Shown in pieces: positions 18,065-26,772 of a stretch of 64,000 nucleotides of DNA. Numbering within the stretch: the first letter of the stretch is position 1; every line of letters starts with the position of its first letter. Position numbers and translations under genes: made by a program. Under the pieces are notes generated by a model. The model had not been told where the DNA came from. It searched no databases and saw only the letters and a program-made list of their open reading frames with translations. This DNA comes from Gammaproteobacteria bacterium (GTDB lineage: Bacteria; Pseudomonadota; Gammaproteobacteria; Pseudomonadales; Azotimanducaceae). The DNA is taken from contig JAYQAI010000003.1 of assembly GCA_038136715.1 (NCBI GenBank), positions 5,504 to 69,503 on the forward strand. Reading direction: 5' to 3'.

Positions 18065-18679
18065 ATGTACAACGATGAAGCCGCACTGATAGCAGGATTG
18101 GTCGCAGGCCACGACGATGCCTATCGCGCGGCTATTCGCGCCTACCAGTCTTCAATGCGCTATCTCGCCCGCAGTCTGGTGGGAGAGAAAATCGCCGACG
18201 AAGTGGTTCAGGAGGCCTGGCTTTCTGCCCTGCGAGCAATCGCCCGATTCGAACGCCGCAGCAGTCTTAAGACCTGGCTGTTGCGCATCGTCGCCAATGA
18301 AGGCAAGACCCGGCTGCGCAAAGAAAACCGGCTCACTTCGCTCGACGCCATGCTGGAAGCCGATCCCCGGATGTTGGAGCGTTTCGATGACACAAAGCAC
18401 TGGCAGCCGGGACCGGGCCACTGGTCCAACGATTCGCCGGAGGCACTGATCACCCGTGATGAGCTGAACGCCTGCATGCAGCAGCTCATCGAAGTCCTGC
18501 CCGACATGCAGAGTGCCACCCTGAACCTGCGCGAAAACCAGGGTTATTCCCTCGCCGAAATCTGTAACATCCTCGATGTCAGTGAGTCTAACGTCCGGGT
18601 CCTGCTACACCGCGCTCGACAGCGACTATTTCGCTGCATTGAACACTTTCAGGCCACCGGCGAGTGCTGTACGAGTTAA
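18065..18679 (+). CDS. RNA polymerase sigma-70 factor, ECF subfamily
   Basis: Region 2 'DEVVQEAWLSALRAIARFERRSSLKTWLLRIVANE' and region 4 'QGYSLAEICNILDVSESNVRVLLHRARQRL'. Starts 3 nt after the oxidase stop. Confidence 0.9.
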   Translation: MYNDEAALIAGLVAGHDDAYRAAIRAYQSSMRYLARSLVGEKIADEVVQEAWLSALRAIARFERRSSLKTWLLRIVANEGKTRLRKENRLTSLDAMLEADPRMLERFDDTKHWQPGPGHWSNDSPEALITRDELNACMQQLIEVLPDMQSATLNLRENQGYSLAEICNILDVSESNVRVLLHRARQRLFRCIEHFQATGECCTS

Positions 18680-18685
18680 TTGCTT

Positions 18686-18928
18686 ATGCTGAAGTGCAAA
18701 GACATCTGTGAGAACGCGACCCATCACCTGGAAGGTGAGCTTGGCCTGCTGCAACGCCTGCAGTTCCGTTGGCATCTCAGCCTGTGTCAGGCCTGCCGTC
18801 TGTTCCTGCACCAGTTCGAGACGACCATTGAAACCGCCAGACAGCTTAACAGGCAGGTCGACCTCGAACCCACTGACGCGGACATTGATACCCTGGTGAA
18901 ACGATTCCGCGAGGTGAACCTACGCTAG
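18686..18928 (+). CDS. short soluble zinc-finger (zf-HC2 / ZAS-type) anti-sigma factor
   Basis: HxxxCxxC motif 'HLSLCQAC', with upstream Cys residues (KCKDIC). No transmembrane segment. It directly follows the ECF sigma gene (TTG 18680 or ATG 18686). Confidence 0.75.
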   Translation: MLKCKDICENATHHLEGELGLLQRLQFRWHLSLCQACRLFLHQFETTIETARQLNRQVDLEPTDADIDTLVKRFREVNLR

Positions 18929-18941
18929 CAAACGTCAGTTC

Positions 18942-21083
18942 TTAGCCGCGGCGCCAGGCATGAAATCGCTCGGCAACCGCCAGCGCCCACTCCGGTTTAT
19001 GCGCCTTGCGCCATTCACTGGCGGCAAATTTGTTCATCTCCAGGAAAGTCGGGTAAATATGAATCGTGCCCATAATTTTTTTGAGCCCGATGCCGTGCTT
19101 CATGGCAAGGGTGAATTCGCCGATCAATTCTCCCGCATGCTCAGCCGCAATCGTCGCGCCAATCACCTTGTCAGAGCCTGCCCGGGTCAACACCTTGACC
19201 AATCCATGCGCCGCCTCGTCAGCAATCGCCCGATCGAGATCTGACACATCGTAGGTCGTCACCTCGTAGTCAATTCCCGCGGCTTTCGCCTCCTGCTCAT
19301 TCATACCGACCCGGGCAATCTCCGGGGCACAGAAAGTCGCCCAGGGGATGACGGAATAGTCGACTCGGAACTTGCGAAAAATACCAAACAGCGCATTCAC
19401 AGCTGCATACCAGGCCATGTGTGAAGCGGTATGGGTGAACTGGTAGGGGCCGGCCACATCGCCAATCGCAAAAATGTTGGGAAAGTTAGTGCGCAGATAG
19501 TCGTCGACGGCAACCGTGCCGTTGGCGGTCAGCTCAACGCCGATTTCTTCGAGGCCGAATCCTGTGGTATTGGCCTTTCGACCCACGGCCACGACAAGCT
19601 GGTCAAACAACACCCGTTGCTCGATGCCGGCTTCGTCCGTCACCACCAGATAGTTCTCGCCGTCATCACTGCCAACTTCGGTTGCCTTGTAGCCGGTCAT
19701 AACTGACACACCCTCAGCTTCCAGCTGTTCACGCACGAGAGTTGAAAACTCAATATCCTCCCGCGGCAGGATATTCGGCAACAGTTCGACCTGGGTCACC
19801 TGGCTGCCCAGTCGCGCCAGTGCCTGGGTGAGTTCGGTGCCGATAGGACCGCCACCCAGCACAATCGTCCGGCCCGGCAGTTGCTCCAGCGACCAGATGT
19901 TGTCGCTGGTGAGATAATCAACCATTTCAATGCCTGCAATCGGCGGCACGAACGGCTCGGCACCCGTTGCAATGACAATGTTCCTGGTCGTGATGAGCTT
20001 GCCGTTAACCTCTACCTGCCAGGGTGAGACGATGCGGCCCTCTCCGAGTTCGACATCAACGCCGAGGCTTTCATAGCGCTCGACTGAATCGTGAGGTTCG
20101 ATTTTCGCGATGGCTCGCTGCACCCGCCGCATGACTTTATTCAGGTCGACCGGCAGCTCGATGTTGTCAAAGCCGAGTTCGCTGCCGCGGCGATTATCAT
20201 AGGCATGACGCGCTGACCGGATGAGCGCTTTGCTTGGCACACACCCCGTGTTCAGACAATCTCCGCCCATCTTGTTCTTCTCGATCAGCGTCACCCGGGC
20301 TTTGACCGTGGCAGCGATCAGGGCGGCCACCAGGCCGCCTGAACCAGCCCCGATAACAACCATGTCAGTATCAAACCGGCGCGGCCGCTCGTAGCTGCTG
20401 TAGACCCGGCGGGCTCTGAGAAAATCAACCAGCCATTTAGCGAGCAAAGGAAACACCCCCAGCAGCACAAACGATGCAATGAGGCCCGGTGACAGCACAT
20501 CGGAGGCCTGTTCTATTCGCGCCAGCTCGGTACCGGCATTCACATACACAAGCGTGCCAGCGAACATGCCAAGCTGGGAGACCAGGTAGAACTGCAGCAC
20601 GCTCATGCGGGTCAGCGCCATCAGGATATTGATTGCCCAGAACGGGAAAATGGGCACGAGTCGCAGCGTGAAAAGGTAAAATGCACCATCCTTTTCGATG
20701 CCGCGATTGATGGTCGCCAATTGCGAGGCGAAGCGGCGTTCAATTTCTTCCTTGAACAACCAGCGTGCCAGGATCATCGCCAGGGTCGCACCGATTGTCG
20801 AGGCGAAGGAAACAAACACGACCCCCCAGACCAGACCCAGTAGCGCACCGGCCACCAGTGTCAGGGCAGTTGCCGCCCCCGGCAGAGAAACAGCGGTGGC
20901 GAGGACATAGATGACAAAAAATCCGGTGACAAACAGCGCCGGCTGCTCGGCTATCTGGGCCTCGAGTGATGCCTGCTCCGCCTTCAGGTTCTCCAGCGTC
21001 AGCAACGCATCCAGATCAAAATAGAAAAAAGTGGCGACCGCAAATGCGACGGCAAACAATGCCAGCCATCGGGACCTTGTCAT
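18942..21083 (-). CDS. fusion protein: DedA/TVP38-TMEM64 (VTT) membrane domain + FAD-dependent pyridine nucleotide-disulfide oxidoreductase
   Basis: The N-terminal ~230 aa are polytopic membrane with a DedA-like pattern. Then come 'VVIGAGSGGLVAA', the redox-active disulfide 'GGDCLNTGCVPSK', an NAD Rossmann motif 'LGGGPIGTE', and a C-terminal dimerisation domain 'HIYPT'. Confidence 0.9.
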   Translation of the reverse strand: MTRSRWLALFAVAFAVATFFYFDLDALLTLENLKAEQASLEAQIAEQPALFVTGFFVIYVLATAVSLPGAATALTLVAGALLGLVWGVVFVSFASTIGATLAMILARWLFKEEIERRFASQLATINRGIEKDGAFYLFTLRLVPIFPFWAINILMALTRMSVLQFYLVSQLGMFAGTLVYVNAGTELARIEQASDVLSPGLIASFVLLGVFPLLAKWLVDFLRARRVYSSYERPRRFDTDMVVIGAGSGGLVAALIAATVKARVTLIEKNKMGGDCLNTGCVPSKALIRSARHAYDNRRGSELGFDNIELPVDLNKVMRRVQRAIAKIEPHDSVERYESLGVDVELGEGRIVSPWQVEVNGKLITTRNIVIATGAEPFVPPIAGIEMVDYLTSDNIWSLEQLPGRTIVLGGGPIGTELTQALARLGSQVTQVELLPNILPREDIEFSTLVREQLEAEGVSVMTGYKATEVGSDDGENYLVVTDEAGIEQRVLFDQLVVAVGRKANTTGFGLEEIGVELTANGTVAVDDYLRTNFPNIFAIGDVAGPYQFTHTASHMAWYAAVNALFGIFRKFRVDYSVIPWATFCAPEIARVGMNEQEAKAAGIDYEVTTYDVSDLDRAIADEAAHGLVKVLTRAGSDKVIGATIAAEHAGELIGEFTLAMKHGIGLKKIMGTIHIYPTFLEMNKFAASEWRKAHKPEWALAVAERFHAWRRG

Positions 21084-21158
21084 CGTTGTACTCCTGGAAG
21101 TCTCATCGCGGTAACTGACGCGAAACAGACGGGCCTGTTACACCCGGAAAGACAAAGC

Positions 21159-21473
21159 CTAACCTCTTCGCTGAAATCCTGCACTGACAAGTTGGTTGAG
21201 ACTGATGCTGTCCCAGCCGGGATTGACCGATTCAATCAGGCGATGCAGCTGCCGACGCGTTGCCCGCTTCAATCTAATCTCGCGCTCGACAGCCTCCTCG
21301 ACCGAGCGGATGCTCTCAACATAGACCAGTTTCTGCCAGACCCGACGCCTCCCGACCCGCCGATTTACCAGGGCCCGCTGAGCGCGAACGCCTTCCACCA
21401 GGTCCGCCGTAACGCCTATGCTGAGATAACGATGATGGCGACTCGAAAGAATATAGAGATAGTAGTGACTCAT
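21159..21473 (-). CDS. small stand-alone GIY-YIG nuclease-superfamily protein
   Basis: 104 aa from ATG 21473. 'YYLYILSS...YLSIGVT' (GIY..YIG-like) and 'REIRLK..TRRQ'. No additional DNA-binding domain. Confidence 0.75.
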   Translation of the reverse strand: MSHYYLYILSSRHHRYLSIGVTADLVEGVRAQRALVNRRVGRRRVWQKLVYVESIRSVEEAVEREIRLKRATRRQLHRLIESVNPGWDSISLNQLVSAGFQRRG

Positions 21474-21601
21474 GGGCTCATCATGGCCCACAGCAACAGA
21501 ACCTGAAGAAGAGATCGCGCCTCCTGGCGTCATACGAAACCGCCCACAGGCGCCAGCCAGGCTGGTGAAGCCGCGACGATTGCCTGTATCATGGCGCAGC
21601 T

Positions 21602-23152
21602 ATGACGCACACCACTTCCACCCAGGCCTGGCAGCGATTGACGCAGCTCGCAGCCACTGACGGCACTGCCACAATCAATGAGCTGCTGACCGATCCGTCC
21701 CGGCTGCAGCGATTTTCCGTCAGTGCCAGCGGCATTTATGCCGATCTCTCAAAACAGCGCATCACTGACGCCGTGCTCTCTGTCCTGATTAATCTCGCCG
21801 AGGAAACTGACGTGCGCTCCGCCGCAGCTGCCATGGCGGAGGGCGCCACCGTCAACACAAGCGAGGGGCGACCTGCGGCTCACATGGCCATCCGCCGGGA
21901 CCCACCGGCGTTGAACGAGGCTTTTGATACCGAAGTCGACACCAGCTTCGAACGCATGGCAGCGATCAGTGATGCCATGCGCCAGGGCAGCTGGCAGGGA
22001 GTCACAGGCGAGGCCATCACGGATGTCATTAACATCGGCATTGGCGGATCAGACCTTGGCCCAAAGATGGTCTGCGCCGCGCTGCGCGAGTTCGCCGACG
22101 GACCGCGCTGTCATTTCATCGCCAATGTCGATGGTGCCGAAATCAACGGTCTGCTACGCGAACTTGAACCAGCGACGACGGCCGTCATCATCTCAAGCAA
22201 AACCTTTACCACCCAGGAAACCCTGCGGAACGCCGAGACAGCGATGGCATGGCTGAAACAGGGACTCGATCTCGACAATCCCGCGACCACCCCTCATGTC
22301 ATTGCCGTTACCGCCAGCCCGGACAATGCCATACAGTATGGCGTGCCGGCGCACCAGATAGTCCTGTTCCCGACATCTATCGGCGGTCGCTATTCGCTCT
22401 GGTCGGCGATTGGCCTCGCGATAGCAATCCAGATCGGCTTTGATCACTTTCGTGCTCTGCTCGCCGGGGCTGCAACGATGGACCAGCATTTCCTGACCGC
22501 GCCCCTCGCACAGAATATGCCCGTCCTGATGGCGCTGACCGGTATCTGGAATCACAATTTCCTTGGCATGGACAGCCAGGCGGTCATTCCGTACTGCGAG
22601 CGGCTGCGTCTGTTCGTCGATCACCTGCAGCAGATGGACATGGAAAGCAACGGCAAGTCTGCGACCGCAACCGGTGAAACCGTAGATACGGATACCGGCC
22701 CTATTATCTGGGGACAGACCGGCACCAACGGCCAGCATGCCTTCTTCCAGCTGCTGCACCAGGGCACCCGCGCCACGCCCGTTGACTTCATCGGCTGCAT
22801 CGAAGACCCCCTCAGCCACCCGGAACATCACCGCCTGCTGCTTGCCAACATGGTCGCCCAGTCAGAGGCCCTGATGCTGGGTCGTGCGTCGGATGATGCT
22901 CACCGCCATTACCCAGGCAACCGACCTTCGACGACACTGCTGCTGGATCGGCTTGACCCTGCCACCCTGGGTGCACTCGTGGCCCTCTATGAGCACAAGG
23001 TCTTCGTCCAGGCGGCAATCTGGCAAATCAATCCTTTCGATCAGTGGGGCGTCGAGCTGGGCAAAGAGCTGGCGACAGAGATCCTAACAGGTGATGCAGA
23101 ACATGACCCGTCAACCACGGCGTTACTCGAGAAGACCGGTCTGAATTCCTAG
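21602..23152 (+). CDS. pgi: glucose-6-phosphate isomerase
   Basis: Full-length PGI pattern: 'NIGIGGSDLGP', 'ISSKTFTTQET', 'GGRYSLWSAIGL', 'ESNGK', 'GTNGQHAFFQLLHQG', 'INPFDQWGVELGK'. Confidence 0.95.
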   Translation: MTHTTSTQAWQRLTQLAATDGTATINELLTDPSRLQRFSVSASGIYADLSKQRITDAVLSVLINLAEETDVRSAAAAMAEGATVNTSEGRPAAHMAIRRDPPALNEAFDTEVDTSFERMAAISDAMRQGSWQGVTGEAITDVINIGIGGSDLGPKMVCAALREFADGPRCHFIANVDGAEINGLLRELEPATTAVIISSKTFTTQETLRNAETAMAWLKQGLDLDNPATTPHVIAVTASPDNAIQYGVPAHQIVLFPTSIGGRYSLWSAIGLAIAIQIGFDHFRALLAGAATMDQHFLTAPLAQNMPVLMALTGIWNHNFLGMDSQAVIPYCERLRLFVDHLQQMDMESNGKSATATGETVDTDTGPIIWGQTGTNGQHAFFQLLHQGTRATPVDFIGCIEDPLSHPEHHRLLLANMVAQSEALMLGRASDDAHRHYPGNRPSTTLLLDRLDPATLGALVALYEHKVFVQAAIWQINPFDQWGVELGKELATEILTGDAEHDPSTTALLEKTGLNS

Positions 23153-23877
23153 TGGCGGTTATCTTCAGCGCTGATCAGGATGACATTCACTACGAGGTAC
23201 GTCAGGCCGGTCGCTCACTGCGGCTTTACACCAATGGTGCTTTTCACTCCCAGCTCAACCCCGGATTTCTTTTTACCGGCGCGGTCTGGGATTTGCTGAC
23301 GCTGCCCTCACTCTGCCGGCCCGGGCCGACCCAGCGAGTTCTGGCCCTGGGCGTTGGTGGCGGTACGGTGATTCACCAACTAGATCGGCTGCACGACCTT
23401 AAGGCCGTAACCGGCATCGAACTGGACCCTATGCACATTCGCATTGCCCGCGACTACTTTAATCTGAACTTCAGCCATACTCGCCTCGTCCAGGCGGATG
23501 CCAGGCAATGGGTAACAAAGCAGCGCGACTCCTTTGACTACATTGTTGACGACGTATTCCTGCATGGTGAGGTTGACCCTGACCGCCCGTTCTACCCGGA
23601 CGATCTGTGGTGTCGCAGGTTAATCAGTCGACTTAAACCAGGCGGCGTCCTGGTTCAAAACCACATCGACGACAGGCACGCCCGGGCCGGCAGAAACGTC
23701 TTCCGGGCGCACTTCGACCAGGTGTTAACCCTTCGCAATGACAAGTTCGGCAACACCGTTGTCGCCGGTTTCCGGACCGACGCTTCAGCTGCCAGCCTGA
23801 AGCGCCACTGCCGGCAGGCGCTGGAGCTGCTGCCGCGGCGCGAGACATCCCGCCTGCGGGTAACCATCAGCGGCTGA
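23152..23877 (+). CDS. spermidine-synthase-like class I SAM-dependent methyltransferase-fold protein
   Basis: 'VLALGVGGGTVIH' (SAM/dcSAM glycine loop), 'TGIELDP', 'DYIVDD'. The GTG start shares one nucleotide with the pgi TAG (TAGTG). Confidence 0.7.
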   Translation: MAVIFSADQDDIHYEVRQAGRSLRLYTNGAFHSQLNPGFLFTGAVWDLLTLPSLCRPGPTQRVLALGVGGGTVIHQLDRLHDLKAVTGIELDPMHIRIARDYFNLNFSHTRLVQADARQWVTKQRDSFDYIVDDVFLHGEVDPDRPFYPDDLWCRRLISRLKPGGVLVQNHIDDRHARAGRNVFRAHFDQVLTLRNDKFGNTVVAGFRTDASAASLKRHCRQALELLPRRETSRLRVTISG

Positions 23878-25207
23878 ATTCCTGCTGACGAATCACTATT
23901 GCTGCGACAAGCAGCAGTAGCAGCATGGCGAGACAGATCTTAGCCGCTGCGGTATAGCTGCCGAGGTAATCGACCGCCAGGCTGAATGCAGCCGGTCCGA
24001 TAGCGCTCGCAAAAACTGAGATAGATGTATTGAAACCACTCACCTCGCCCAGGTGCAGCGGTCCGAAGAAACGGATGAAGGCGAGGTTGGAGGTCACACC
24101 CCAGAGCCCACCGCCGGCGCCGAAGCCTGCTGCCAGAACCCAGTAACCCCAACCCTCATCAAGATGAATCAGGCCAACAGCACCAGTGACGAAGGCGATC
24201 AACATGATGACCAGGAAGGGCTTCAGCGCCATCCGATCCACCAGGTAGCTTGCCAGCAGGTTGGCCGCAGTGGAAAAGACAGCCGCCGGAAAAAAATAGC
24301 CGAAGGCCACATCCCGCCCAAGACCGGCTTCGGCAAAGATTGCGACAACATGGAACGTCAGGGCTGTTCCAAACAGCGCATGCATGCCGAGACTTAAGGC
24401 ATAAATCCAGAACACAGGGCTAAGTCTTGCTTCCTGCAGCGTCTTCGACGGTGCTTCCGCCGGCGCAGCCGGGGCATCCTCAGCCAGGCCACCATCGGCA
24501 ACAAGACCACAGCTGGCCGGGTTGTCACGAACGAACACAAGCGCCAACAGCGCGAAGATCAGACCTACAACAACAGCCATGAACCAGAGTGAACCGCGCC
24601 AGTCGAACACCGCGATGAGAAGAGCCAGGAACAAAGGCGCCACCGAAAAACCGAACGATGTCACAACACTGCGAACACCAGAGACGAGACCGCGCCGCCT
24701 GACAAACCAGAGCAGCAGCACATTACGCGAGCAGCTGGTCAGCACGCCCTGACCAAAGAATCTGACGCCAAAGAAGCCCAGCAGGATCAGGATAAAAGTC
24801 ACCGCGGTATGACCACCAAGCAGATCAGCCAACCGGTCGACGAAGCTGAGATAAAGCACCATGACACCGAGGGCAAACGAAGCGACGGCTATCATCACCC
24901 TGCCACCCAGCTGATCATACCAGCGGCCCGCGCGCGTCAGGAAAAACGAAGAACCGACGGTGCCGAACAGGTATGCCATGGACAACTCTGTCCGGCTCAG
25001 ACCAAGCACCTCAATAAACGGATCCGTGAAGACTGCCATGCCCATGGTCTGGCCAGGAATACTGAACAGAAAACCCAGGGTTGAGAACACCCACACCACC
25101 CAGCCGTAGTAAATCGGTGAGCGTTTCGGGTCAAAGGGCCAGGTGACGGGAATCAATGGGCTGCGTGTCGTCAGGAAACGCGACAGTTTACCTATTTCAG
25201 CTGACAA
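23867..25207 (-). CDS. MFS transporter (start uncertain: TTG 25207 or TTG 25156)
   Basis: About 12 hydrophobic spans. 'YYGWVVWVFSTLGF' resembles an N-terminal MFS helix 1. There is no in-frame ATG before residue 54. The first 8 codons overlap the palindrome 25184-25219. The 3' end overlaps the convergent upstream gene by 11 nt. Confidence 0.8.
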   Translation of the reverse strand: MSAEIGKLSRFLTTRSPLIPVTWPFDPKRSPIYYGWVVWVFSTLGFLFSIPGQTMGMAVFTDPFIEVLGLSRTELSMAYLFGTVGSSFFLTRAGRWYDQLGGRVMIAVASFALGVMVLYLSFVDRLADLLGGHTAVTFILILLGFFGVRFFGQGVLTSCSRNVLLLWFVRRRGLVSGVRSVVTSFGFSVAPLFLALLIAVFDWRGSLWFMAVVVGLIFALLALVFVRDNPASCGLVADGGLAEDAPAAPAEAPSKTLQEARLSPVFWIYALSLGMHALFGTALTFHVVAIFAEAGLGRDVAFGYFFPAAVFSTAANLLASYLVDRMALKPFLVIMLIAFVTGAVGLIHLDEGWGYWVLAAGFGAGGGLWGVTSNLAFIRFFGPLHLGEVSGFNTSISVFASAIGPAAFSLAVDYLGSYTAAAKICLAMLLLLLVAAIVIRQQEFSR

Positions 25208-25219
25208 ATAGGTAAACTG
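25184..25219. repeat. perfect 14-bp inverted repeat with 8-nt spacer (candidate operator or RNA hairpin)
   Basis: CAGTTTACCTATTT (25184-25197), cagctgac, AAATAGGTAAACTG (25206-25219). It ends 8 nt before the sulfatase ATG (25228) and covers the putative TTG start (25207) of the divergent MFS gene. Confidence 0.9.
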
Positions 25220-25227
25220 CCTGTGCC

Positions 25228-26745
25228 ATGAAAAACATCCTGTTGATTACCGCCGATCAGTGGCGCGCCGAGTGTTTGTCAGTACTGGGGCACCGTGTGC
25301 AAACGCCCCATCTTGATGCCCTCGCAGCAGACAGTGTGCTGTTCGAAAATCACTTTGCCAATGCCGTGCCCTGTGGTCCTTCGCGGGCCAGCCTGCACAC
25401 CGGTATGTACCTGCAGAATCACCGTTCCGGGACCAACGGTACTCCACTCGATTCCCGTCACACCAACTGGGCCCTGGAGGTCCGCAAGCTGGGCTATGAA
25501 CCCGCTCTGTTCGGTTACACGGACACGTCGAATGACCCGCGGGACTACGACCCCGATCATGCCTACATGAAGACCTATGAAGGTCCACTGCCCGGTATCT
25601 CACCGATCGTACCAATGAGCGCCGATGGCGAAGCCTGGGCTGAGTGGCTCGGCGAGAAAGGCTACGCGATACCGGAGCCCGCGTGGCTTTTCTATACCCG
25701 CAAAGCAGAACAGGCGGAATTCGAAGATGGCGGCGCAGTACCCGCACCGCTCGACCTGCCAGCGGAACACAACGACACCTGGTTTATGGTCGACCGCACC
25801 ATCGACTACATCCAGTCACAAAGCGACAGCTGGTGCGTGCATCTCTCCCTGCTGCGTCCCCACCCGCCCTGGGTCGCCCCCGAACCCTACAACGCGCTGT
25901 ATCCGCCAGAAGAACTGATGGACTTCATACGGCAGCCGTCCCTCGAGAACGAGGCTGAGCAACACCCCCTGCTGCATTACTACCTGCACTGGCCGAGACA
26001 CTTTGCAAGTGACGATGACAAAAAGACCGCTCGACTCAAAGCCTCCTACTTCGGTCTGATGACCGAGGTGGATGCTAATCTCGGCAGGTTGTTCGATGCC
26101 CTGAAAGCTGCCGGTCAGTGGGAGGACACGCTGATTATCTTTACCTCTGACCACGGCGAGCAAATCGGCGATCACTGGCTGATCGGCAAGATGGGCTATT
26201 TCGATGCGTCGTATCACATCCCGCTGATCGTGCGTGCACCTGGCAGTGCGTTTGACGAGAACCGTGGCAAGCAAATCAGCGCCTTCTCTGAAAACATCGA
26301 CATCATGCCGACAATACTCGACTGGCTGGAGCTGGACATCCCGCAACAGTGCGACGGCTTCTCACTGCTGCCGCTGCTGCAGGCCGGCAAACCGCCGCCA
26401 GGCTGGCGCGATGCCGCACACTGGGAGTTTGATTTCCGGAGTATTACAGCTGGCGAAGATCTGGAGCAAACGCTGGGTTTAACCCACCACCAGTGCACTC
26501 TCAACGTCATCCGGGACGAGCGCTATAAGTACGTTCACTTCACCGGCCTGCCGCCATTATTTTTCGATCTTGAGCAGGACCCGAATGAATTCGTTAACCT
26601 GGCCGATAATCCCGACTACCTGCCATTGATCCTGACTTATGCCCAGAAGATGCTGTCCTGGCGCATGAATCATGATGAGCAGACCCTCACTCACCTGGCA
26701 CTGACGGAGGACGGCGTCGTCTCGCGACCGGCGCCGCGTTACTGA
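25228..26745 (+). CDS. sulfatase / phosphonate-monoester-hydrolase-like enzyme (alkaline-phosphatase superfamily)
   Basis: 'ILLITADQWR', formylglycine motif CxPxR = 'CGPSRASLHTG', 'FTSDHGE', 'GK.GYFD.SYHIPL'. Confidence 0.9.
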   Translation: MKNILLITADQWRAECLSVLGHRVQTPHLDALAADSVLFENHFANAVPCGPSRASLHTGMYLQNHRSGTNGTPLDSRHTNWALEVRKLGYEPALFGYTDTSNDPRDYDPDHAYMKTYEGPLPGISPIVPMSADGEAWAEWLGEKGYAIPEPAWLFYTRKAEQAEFEDGGAVPAPLDLPAEHNDTWFMVDRTIDYIQSQSDSWCVHLSLLRPHPPWVAPEPYNALYPPEELMDFIRQPSLENEAEQHPLLHYYLHWPRHFASDDDKKTARLKASYFGLMTEVDANLGRLFDALKAAGQWEDTLIIFTSDHGEQIGDHWLIGKMGYFDASYHIPLIVRAPGSAFDENRGKQISAFSENIDIMPTILDWLELDIPQQCDGFSLLPLLQAGKPPPGWRDAAHWEFDFRSITAGEDLEQTLGLTHHQCTLNVIRDERYKYVHFTGLPPLFFDLEQDPNEFVNLADNPDYLPLILTYAQKMLSWRMNHDEQTLTHLALTEDGVVSRPAPRY

Positions 26746-26772
26746 ATCAGCCGCGCTCGCTGCTCAGGAAAC

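Noticed and set aside
21159-21473. GIY-YIG protein considered as a homing endonuclease, mobile element or defence nuclease.
   Set aside because: It is only ~104 aa with no DNA-binding or partner domain. There is no intron, intein, repeat or integrase context. It fits the widespread stand-alone small GIY-YIG family.
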